In this document: positions 22,930 through 32,695 of the stretch, in pieces
Layout: the number at the start of each line of letters is the position of its first letter
Position numbering within the stretch: position 1 is the first letter of the stretch
Source of the DNA: Penicillus capitatus
Taxonomy: Eukaryota > Plantae > Chlorophyta
Length of the DNA: 64,000 bases
Direction of reading: 5' to 3'
NCBI GenBank assembly: GCA_965649825.1
Contig: OZ287697.1
Location: 893,635-957,634 of the forward strand
Notes under the pieces: model-generated
What the model saw: the letters and a program-made list of their open reading frames with translations, nothing else
Databases searched by the model: none
Told to the model about the DNA's origin: nothing
Made by a program: the position numbers and the translations under genes

Positions 22930-25754
22930 ATGGAGTTTCGTTTTGCCGACCTTCTCGGTGCGCCGTACCGTGGCGGCTCGATCGTCTTCGACGGCGCTAC
23001 GATCCTTTCACCCGTCGGCAATCGACTTCAGGCGATCCGTCAGACAGAAAGTCGAACGCTCGCTTTTGAGTGTCTACAGCCAATCCGCGTCGTATGTCTG
23101 AGTCCATGTGGCCGTTTGCTTTTGCTTTTTGATGCTGAGGGACGGCTTGTTGTCGTCAACCGCAAACGCGAGAGTGTGCTGCACCATATGAAATTCAAAG
23201 CGCCTGTGAGTTGTGCGAAGTTTCGCCCCGATGGCGAGTTCATCGCTGTGGGATGCGAAACTCGATTGCAGATCTGGAAACGACCGGCAATGGAGAAGCG
23301 ATTGGCACCGATGAGTTTGTATCGGAGTTATCAGGCGGTATCGGAGACGATCACATGTATGGATTGGACGCCAGATGGCATCGGCGTGGCGATCGGAGCG
23401 CGCGATATGACAACGAGGATCTTTACGATCGATCCGGTGCACGATTATCAACCGAGTGTTCTTGGAGGTCATCGAGGATCGATCGTCGGCGTATTTTTTA
23501 CATCTGAAAAAACGAAACGTCAAAGCGAGATCGCGACTGATGCGAAAGATCGACCGATCGACTTCATCACGATCGGATCGATGGGGAAGATTTCGGAATG
23601 GAGTTACGATCGTGACGACGACGTCGATTGCACGGAAACACTAAAAGAGATATCGCACGGCTGCTTTTCCGAACCAACTGACGAGGCACACCACGAAGAG
23701 TCGAGTCGCACATGTGACGACCCTGCTTACACAAGTGTTCCAAACGTCACATCAACCGATGAGATGCAGAGAACCGTTTTGGGCGACTGGATGTTCCATA
23801 AAGGCCGTTGGATCCGTTGTTTATATCACTCTTTTGATCTGGCGGGACAGACACGTGTGACCGATGTAGACTATCACAAAGAAACGGGATTGATGGTGGT
23901 GGGATTCTCGAACGGCGTTTTCGAATTAGTGCAGTTTCCTGGGTTTCATCGCCAACAGGTCCTGAGCGTTTCACAGGAGCGCCTCACCACCGTGCGTTTC
24001 TCCCCTCGCGGCGACTGGATTGCCGTTGGCTGTGCGAAACTGGGTCAGTTGTTAGTATGGGACTGGCGATCCGAGACACAAGTACTTAAACAACAAGGTC
24101 ATACTTTCGATGTCTCCACTGTCTGTTTCTCACCCGACGGTCGTCTCTTGGCAACGGGGGCAGAAGACACTAAAGTCAAAATCTTCTCCACAGCGACAGG
24201 ATTGTGCACAGCGACGTTCAAAGAACATCTTATGCCAGTGACTGCGATTCGATTCTTCCCCAATAACAATGCCATCGCCAGTGCCAGTTTGGATGGGACG
24301 GTTCGAGCCTTCGATCTCATTCGTCAACGGCATTTTCGTACCTTTGCTGCCCCGGATCCGGTTCAGTTTAGCTGTTTGGCACTTGATCCCAAGGGCGAAG
24401 TGCTGGCAGCCGGTTCACAAGACAGTTTCCAGATTTTTGTTTGGTCGTGTAAAACGGCCAAGCTGCTCGATATCCTGGCAGCCCACGAAGGGCCTGTCTC
24501 ATCGCTGGCATTCCATCCGATCCAACCGATCTTGGGGTCCAGTTCGTGGGATCATACTGTGAAGATATGGGATGTGTTTGGCACGTCCAAAGGCAGCATC
24601 GATACGTTCGATCATACGCACGAAACGACGACGTTTGTTTTCCGACCCGACGGAAAACAGCTCGCTGCTGCCACTTTAGACGGAACGCTGCATTTCTGGC
24701 ATCCCCTCGAAGGCGAGGAACAAGGTGTACACAATGGATCTCTACCTCTCATTTCTGCGTTTTCACAGTGATTGGTTGATTAGGGGTTATAGAGGGACGC
24801 AGGGACATTGCACGGGGTCGATGGGTCACAGATCGCCGCATTGCCACCCCTTTCTCAACAGAAGCCTTTTTCACTTCGCTTGTGTACAGCGCCGACGGTT
24901 CTCTGCTCTTTGCAGCTGGCAAGAGTAAATACATCTGCCTCTACGATGTGGACAACCGCGTTCTGCTGCAAAAGATCCAGACGTCAAGGAACAAGTCCCT
25001 CGATGGCGTCCTCGATCTGCTCAACTCGCGAAACCTCACCGAAGCAGGCGCCATCGAGTGGATCGAGGATGAAAACAGTGAAGAGGAAGAACAGGAGCTC
25101 CAACCGTCGATGATGGGACTGGAGGAGGCAGCAGAGCTGCCAGGATCCACTCAACGGAAGAAACCTATCCTCCAGACACGATGTCTTGCCCTCTGTCCAA
25201 CCGGACAGCGATTCGCAGCTGCCACCACTGAAGGCGTCCTGCTCTACCGTCTCGACGGTGGCACTCTTTTCGATCCTGTCGATCTGGACGAGGACATGAC
25301 GCCACAAGCAGCAACGGCTGCACTGCAAAACGGCCATTACCGTAACGCCCTGCTCATAGCTCTACGACTGAGAGAGACGCCGCTCGTGCAGCAGTGTCTC
25401 CTAAGCACACCGGTGGAGCAGATTTTGATAGTGCTGCGTTCGGTGCCAAGTGGTTATGCCACTCAGATACTGGACGTTCTATCCATCTCCTTACGTTCGT
25501 CACCCGATGTGGAGCTCCTACTCAACTGGGCGAAGCATTGCTGCACAGTGTACGGAGCGAAGCTCATGGAAATGCCATCGACTGCAACAACCAGTCTAAA
25601 GAAGCTGCATCAAGTGCTCCACGGATTTCAATCGGAGATCGGCACACTGGTCCAAAGCAATCTCTATTTGATGCAATACATTCAGACTGCCCATCAAAAA
25701 CGTATCCATCCCGAACACATGTCCATCGATAGCGACGTCGAATCGAGTCCTTAA
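22930..25754 (+). CDS. PWP2: Periodic tryptophan protein 2 (PWP2/UTP1), WD40 ribosome biogenesis factor, 2 exons
   Basis: N-terminus MEFRFADLLGAPYRGG. WD40 repeats: QLLVWDWRSETQVLKQQGH, DGRLLATGAEDTKVK. Utp12-like C-terminal region. A 59-nt intron (24725-24783) joins the two ORF-track pieces. Confidence 0.97.
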
Positions 25755-25770
25755 TGCCCCTTCTCTTGTC

Positions 25771-26095
25771 TCACTGTGGCATGGAATTGACGAATGCTCG
25801 CCTTGAACTCGTCAGCCTTGGATCGATTCGTCGCCCTAGTCTACTAAGTTTATCTTCCAAGGAGCGATGTGATGAAGGGGACCTCTTCCGGCGGCGTTCG
25901 CTTTTGAGACATCGATCGAGCTCGTGTTTCGCTTCGTTGCAGACACCCCAGAATTTGGCAACAGGATGACGCTTATGGCAGCTTAGCAGTCGAACAATTT
26001 CCTTAGCGCACAGTCCTCCACCTCCGACGGCTGCTGTCGACGCGTCTTACCTTACGGCAATAAGGATACGTCTGAAACGCGAGCGGTGGATGCAT
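25771..26095 (-). CDS. CMC2: COX assembly mitochondrial protein 2 (twin CX9C); not in the ORF track
   Basis: MHPPLAFQTYPYCRK | 49-nt intron 26050-26002 | EIVRLLSCHKRHPVAKFWGVCNEAKHELDRCLKSERRRKR. Two exact C-x9-C motifs plus the MHPPL start and HP..KFWG.C signature of CMC2. Confidence 0.9.
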
Positions 26096-26098
26096 GAC

Positions 26099-26191
26099 GC
26101 CGTGCAAGGATATTCGGCCACCGCCGTGCAAGGAAAGTCGAACGCCACCGCGCAAGGATATTCGGCCACCACCGTGCAAGGAAAGTCAAAC
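26099..26191 (+). repeat. Alternating two-unit tandem repeat (GTGCAAGGATATTCGGCCACC / GTGCAAGGAAAGTCGAAC)
   Basis: Four related units (24, 27, 21 and ~21 nt) sharing a GCAAGGA core, lying between the PSMA2 stop and the CMC2 ATG. Confidence 0.9.
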
Positions 26192-26233
26192 AGCGTGTCT
26201 GTCACATCGTACAAAGGACAGAAGTCCATTGCA

Positions 26234-26990
26234 TCATTCGACCTCTTCAAGGTAGTCCGAGACTTCAGAAGCAGTGAGGACTTTAAACTGCTTGTTTTCG
26301 CCGACAACCGCCACTTCGATGTTCTCCGACGTGATCTGTCCCTCAAAGCCTTCCTTCAGTGTCAGTAGGGCGGTATGGACGGCGTCCTCCAGCTCCATTT
26401 CGTCGTTGTAGCGTTTCTCTAGGAAGGTCTTGGCGTTGATCATGTTTTTACCGATGGCTGAGGCTTTCCATGCAAAATAGGATCCAGAGGGGTCGATCTG
26501 GTAAAGCTGCGGTCCGTGTTCATCGAATCCGGCCATCATAAGCGAAATCCCAAAGGGACGGACACCTCCCCGCTCTGCACGAACATACACACCTCATCAA
26601 GCCGTCCGTCAAAAACGACGTACGCGTGAATTCCTGCATGACCATAGCGGTCTCCCGAACGAGCTGAGCGACCGGAATGTTCTCTTTGTACAACATAAAG
26701 TACTGCTGCGCTTTCTTTCGAGCCTTGCCAACAAGGACGCGAAAATCCGGACCCATTCCCGAATAGAGGACGCCGACATTCGGCGTGAGCAGTTGGATCT
26801 TCTGCACTGTGCTCTTGTCAATGAGCTCCGTCGGGAGTTTCTTCTCCGTCGCAATCACGACACCATTGCTCGCCTTGATCCCTAACGACGTCGCCCCTTG
26901 CGACACGGCATTCAGCGCATGTTCGATCTGCACGAGCTTTCCGCTGGGACTGAACGTCGTCAGCGAAAAGGAGTAAGCCGATTCTCCCAT
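26234..26990 (-). CDS. PSMA2: 20S proteasome subunit alpha type-2, 2 exons
   Basis: [26 protein letters not shown]...VMQEFTQ | 49-nt GT-AG intron | [15 protein letters not shown]...[20 protein letters not shown]. Confidence 0.98.
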
Positions 26991-27070
26991 ATCGTCGGCG
27001 GTGTCGTTTTCGCACAAGGCTCGCGAAACGCACGAAATGCATCATTATTCTTCCGAATCCACGAATTCAG

Positions 27071-27678
27071 ATGTTGAGGTGCGTTGAGTACCGCGAAGAC
27101 AACGAAAACCCCGACAGTGGCGAGCAACATCAAGATTGTCTTCCATGGATATTCGCAATGGAAGTCTTGGTGACGATTCTTATTTTTGCCGCTCTCGCAG
27201 TATTCTGCTGTTACTTCTGCCTGGTTGAGAGTGTGAGGTACGCAATGGCATGAACGTTCTCGATATTGAGCGGCGTCATGGTGACAGCATGCAACGCATG
27301 GTGCTTCCGCTGTCTCCACGTCCTTCAGCAACGTACGAACCTCTGCGAGAAAGCGAGCCACGCGAAGACCAACCGCCTCTCATCGAACGTATACGTATTG
27401 TCTATAATCCAGGCAATTTTCTCACACATTGTGAAGAGTGAGATTCGCTGAGGTGGTAACAATGTAGACGATGAAGCATGTCTGGCGACAGAAGACCACA
27501 GAAGATAGCGCCCGTCCATCGTGAGCGACTTATGGGAGGGGTCGAATTCAAGGCGTCGTGTAGAGTTACACCAGCAGGGGCGTTTTCATCTTCATCGCTT
27601 GTGTCACACAAAAGGAATGGGTTTTATTGTGGAGAACAATTCTCCCGAGGGAAGATGATCTGTGCTAAGATCCCATAG
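27071..27678 (+). CDS. Small single-pass membrane protein of unknown family
   Basis: Hydrophobic segment VLVTILIFAALAVFCCYFCLV. A 50-nt AG|GTACGC...CAG intron keeps the frame to ...IRIVYNPGNFLTHCEE* (27441). An optional 39-nt GA|GTGAGA...GAAG intron would extend it to 27678. Confidence 0.55.
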
Positions 27679-30111
27679 AATGATTCTTCCTCGGCCCTGA
27701 CGATCATGGATGAACGGATTGATTGGAATCGATGCATCATACGCACTGAATTTTTTGTTTATTGCGAAATCTGATCAGCAAACTCCAAATCGAGTTGGAT
27801 TGGATACGACGAACCATTGCATCCCTATCTCACCCTGAGGCAGATAACGCGGAAAGCTTCTCTTACGTAGCAGTAGTGCCTGATGGTCGTATAAAGGACG
27901 TCTATTCATTCATTAAGTCACACAATTCAGGGCGTTTGACACGTGCTGCATTGCCGAGGGTTTTATCGATCCCATTTCGCACATAATGGTGGAGTGGCGA
28001 TGTTGCTTACGACGCATGTTGACATCACTTGTTAGTGTATGGGCTATCGATCGATCGATCATGGTTTGAGCAGACCGAGAAACGACATCGGCAGAATCTA
28101 GTTTAGCGTCCTTTATCGAGCACACCAGTCTTTCTCTTCTGTAGGCTGCAGATCAGCGTAGCGATTTTTTGGGTAATGTGAGATCGGCAGCATGGCACGA
28201 TGAGGAAACGTTTTCAGTGAATTCCAGGTTAGGCGTCCGTCTGGCTGCGCTTCTTCTCTTTTCTAAACTAGAATCTGTCCCATCTCTCCGTCTTAGCGAC
28301 GCGTATTCTGTCAGTGCCAGATTCACCAATAGAATTCAAACAGCTTGCTAAAGATTGGTAAGAAGTCCCAAGTCTCATCTAACGCGCGATCGTTGGTTGG
28401 TACTTCTTGGATCGGATGCAGAAATCTGCCAGGTAGATGGCATAATATCTAGTTCTTCATGGCATGTGACAAGATTGTTGAGTTTGTTTGGGAACCTGAT
28501 CGATCATGCAAGAGGCCCACGTCTGGGATATACGAGACGCTCTAGTCGCACAATGTCACTGGTGGAGTATCATATGACAGCAGAAAAGACAGCGCACTCG
28601 TTCTACCGAATAGTCAGTCGTATGTGTACGTGCAGTCTTAGCACATTTCACTGTTTGTGATAGGGAGAAATAGACATCGTCTCCGGACAGGCGTGACACA
28701 AGTCAAAAGACAATTCGGGAGTGGGTATTGAAAAACTTAACCACGTCTAAACACACCTTCTTCTAGGCAGGTTAATGAATACGCGTTCCTGTGAGGCAGT
28801 ATTGCTGATATCGAATCTGTGCACAAAGAATTCAGAACTCGCAACGGCCGATCGAATCTGTTAGGATTTCGCTCTTCTAGTCATGCAATATCGGTACGTA
28901 CGGTGTTGCGTTTTCTATCAAGTCATCTTCTCTATCGTGATGATATCAACACCTAAATCGAAGTGACTTCTACGACTCCGGGTTTCGTCATCAACGACAC
29001 TTCGATGAGTAGCGATGTCGCCAAAAAGAGAACGTGGTTGATGATCATTGACGATGACGTCCGATACAAAATCCCCGCATTGATTTCGCTTCGAATTTTG
29101 AATAGATTTGTTAAAACCCCGTTAAAATCTGAACACGGGAACGATCAAGTACGCGATGCAGCCCATCAGACATTCTCTATGTCACAGGATCACATCATCT
29201 GCCTTATCATAGACCATCGTCGTCCCGAAATCACTTGGTGTCATCTCGCGATCCAACACTTCGATCTCTCTCTCTCTCTTCGATCGAAATCGGTTTTGTT
29301 AGAGAATGCATTGCCACTGAGCATTCTGAAGTGACGATGTTTTATGAAAGGGTTAATGATGTGACCTTGTGATCGCAAAAAGACCGATCGGCTCCCTCGT
29401 GTGTTCTGGTTTTAACGGTCCTCAACAGTTTTTGTGCAATTTGTCGACTTGCGAATTCAGACTTTCGGTGATGTAGGGTTTATGAAAACACTAGATGAAT
29501 TTTTCCTGTCGATTGATAAACAATCAAAAATAAGAATACGAATACGAAAGCCGTCTAAACACTTCTCATCGAACATGATTTTAACCGCTGAAATATCGGA
29601 GAATGAACAGCGATCTGCATCTTTAAGATCGCATCGCATCGATCATTTCGATAGATCTATGATCGTCGATCTTCAATCGGAATCGACCTTCGGTGTTTCA
29701 TTGTCGACTGATGAAAGATCGGCGTCTCGATATTCTCGTCGAAGTGTAAAGTAAATCGATCATCAATTTGCAATCGAACATCTAATTTTTCGCGAGTTAA
29801 CATTCGCACACATCGGTCGACGTTACTCATGTCGGCGACATGATCTATTGACAAATCGCATAGATCCGGACGATGATTCTTAAAACGAGATGGATGGGTT
29901 CTGTTTTCTTAGAGTACCCATCCCGGGCATGAAGGCTAAAGTATACCTTCACACCGCGTGTTCTCTTTCAAATGCAGAGTCAGATGAGAAACTTGTCTGG
30001 TCTCGAGATCAGTCTTGCTAAATATCTTACTTTGTAAAGGCTTTTCTACTGAACCATAAACAAGTCCGAATCGTCGACTGACGTTAAAGTCAAGAGTTCA
30101 TTAAGACATGT

Positions 30112-30245
30112 ATGTGTCGCGTTGTCGATGAACGGCACGAATACGACGAAGGCGTATCGTTAACAAAGACTGTTCAAACAAAATTTTTCTGAATTTATAC
30201 AATTCTTTGGTCAGCTGCACGTAGGTGGACAGCTGTCCACTGACA
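30112..30245. repeat. Dispersed non-coding element, copy 1, with the perfect palindrome GTGGACAGCTGTCCAC (30225-30240)
   Basis: Aligns with 50742-50907: TGTCGATGAACG...ACAAAGACTGTT block, then GGTCAGCTG.AC..AGGTGGACAGCTGTCCAC.GACA. Confidence 0.8.
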
Positions 30246-30439
30246 GTTTGTCGCCTTCATTTCGTACGTTGATTCGTCAGTCACATCATATCTCCAAAGG
30301 AACGTTTGTTTTGAACGTTTTTCGCGACGCACAAAGTCTTGCTTAAGATCTCTGTAAGTTTCGAGCGTTTTTAAGTCAGATATCGGAAAGCGTTCCCTAT
30401 GGCGAATTGAACGAATACAACAACGATATTGCCAACATC

Positions 30440-31020
30440 GCGCACAACATACGAGTCAGTCCTGTATCATTCAGCTGGGTGCTTTCTTCTTCGCCCTGTA
30501 TCCCTTCCGGTCCCGTCGCTGCGACCAGATAAAAGACGAGAGATAAGGAACAGGTTGTCTATCCATTTTATCTGTCGAGTGCCGCCTTGGTCACACGCCG
30601 CTGATCATGATTCTTTCACAGCGGCAATACCTTGCAGCGATGTACCAACCTTTGCGACGAAACGATCGACGCGTAAGTCCGCCACCAATGATCGAACGCG
30701 CAACGTACTAGACACAGTCCAGGCAAGTTCCTTCGCGCATTTTCAAGAGTGTATTCGTCGTCACTGAGATAATGGACGGTTCAGATGATGATGGATGAAG
30801 CATATCTAATGACAGGAGACCGCTAGGGTCGTATCATGCACGAAACGTGAGAAAGATCAAATTCAAGGCATCGTGTAGAGTTACAACAGAACGCGCGTTT
30901 TCGTCTTCATCGTATATGTCACACAAAAGGAACGGGTTTTATTTTGGAGGACATGTTTGCCGAGGGAAAGATTTATTATGGCAACATCACACAGAAAGAA
31001 TTCCCGCATGATTCTTCCCC
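30440..31020 (+). pseudogene. Diverged tandem copy of the 27071-27678 gene region, frame-disrupted
   Basis: AMYQPLRRNDRRVSPPPMIER matches ATYEPLRESEPREDQPPLIER. Clear DNA similarity between 27328-27690 and 30637-31020. Indels and an in-frame TAG break the copy. Confidence 0.6.
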
Positions 31021-31224
31021 GATTGTATATCCATTTGCCAAACTTCCCGAGCTGACGCGGTTGGAAAAGGAACGAGCATACGATATATGTGAAACAACAA
31101 CGTATATCTGTATGTGGTGTACTTGTTCACGGGATGTAGGTCATAGGATAGATCTTGAAAAATGACAGCTCCAAAAAAATAAACGAATCGCCCAGCGGTG
31201 TACTAGATGGTCTTCACGTGCAAG

Positions 31225-32695
31225 CTAAGGCATCGAGGCGCCGCTGCCGATGATATGTACTCGAACGCCAAGGACTTTGATACACATGGTACGTTCGTCG
31301 TGGTGTCCGCCGCCGATGTGCAATGTCAAATCCGTCAGGTGTTTCAGATCACTCAACTGAGATAGCTGCTCGTCTTGCGTCGAGCGACAAGTGATCTCCA
31401 GATGACGCAGCTGAGCAAAAGGTAAGACTCCACGGCAGTCGAGATCCGACACGCCGCCGAGATGCAAAGCTCGGAGCTCGGACAGAGAGGAGAGAAGGGT
31501 AAGAGCATCCTTCGTTATGCCTGCCAATCCATCCACCAGTCCATAACAGAAAACGCGTGCGTGGTATATCTTACCTGAACACGCATTGGCATGAAGGTCT
31601 GTGAGCGTTCGGATCTTAGCAATGTACTGGAATGCTCTGTTCGTGATCTCGTGGCATCCAGAGACGTTCAAGTGCGTCAGCGAGAAGTTTTTGGCGATAG
31701 TATGAATGAAAGTGTCGGTCACCCATGGTGAGTGCGATACATTCAGACACTTCAGTTTGTTGGCGTGCTTGAGTTGTTGGGACATCTCTGCTTCTGGGAT
31801 CTGACATCCGCTGATGTTGAGAGAGGCGAGTTCTGGAAGGCATCGCAAAATCTTTAATCCATGTTCAGTGACGTGCGTCCTGGCGAGATTCAAACGCGTC
31901 AGATGACGCAGCGTCGCGAGATGCAGCAGTCCTTCGTCGGTGATGGTGGTGCATCCTTCCAACTGAAGCGTCTCCAACTGCGTCATGCGAGACAGAGTGT
32001 GCAAAGCGGCGTCAGTAATCGTAGGACTCTCCCATTGCTGACTCAGTTTCGCTGCCTGTGCCGTTGCGCAGAGCGAGATGTCCAGATGACGCAGATGCTT
32101 TAAGACGCGCAGCGCCGCGATACCGTCGTCCGAGATTCGAAAGCAGCCACGCAGCTTCAGCTGCTCCAGTCGCGAAAAATGAACGATGTGGCTAAAGAAT
32201 TGGTTGCTAATCCGTGCGCAGTCGTCCAAAACGAGGCACTTGATTCTATGAGGCTCCAATGAGAAATGCGTCAGGCCATTCCTCGTAATCTCGCTGCATC
32301 CTGTCAAGTCCAGTGAAGTCAACGATCTCAGGGCCGTCAGCTGAACCAGATCGCTGTCGGTCGGTATCCAGCTCGGGTGTTGGTCGTGTTTTTCCCCGAC
32401 GCCGAAGCGGACATGCGTAATGTGCGGCTGACGTTGCATCAGCTCTTTCAAGTTGGATCCCTGAAAATCCTGCTCGCCCAGAACGACAACTTCGAAACTG
32501 GACTTCTCCTACAGACAGACCACGTCACCACTACATTGCCACCCACTATCGCCGCAGCAAACGAGGCACCTCTGAATTCTGCTGCAGCTTGAAGATGTCG
32601 GTCAATGAACGCGAAGAGCGATGCGTTCGACCATGAACACGCATCGTTTTGTTTGGAGGAAAGCAATTGGCCCTCGAAGGATGGACTGCTCCCAT
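31225..32695 (-). CDS. Leucine-rich-repeat protein (FBXL14/AMN1-like LRRs)
   Basis: Tandem LRRs: LTSLDLTGCSEITRNGL, LEQLKLRGCFRISDDGI, LETLQLEGCTTITDEGL, LTHLNVSGCHEITNRAF. Start inferred at ATG 32695 (MGAVHPSRANC) via one intron. 3' end approximate. Confidence 0.85.

Noticed and set aside
27328-31020. Direct repeats as LTRs of an intact retrotransposon
   Set aside because: The repeats include coding sequence of a small cellular-type gene. No TG...CA ends, PBS/PPT or gag/pol were seen between them.
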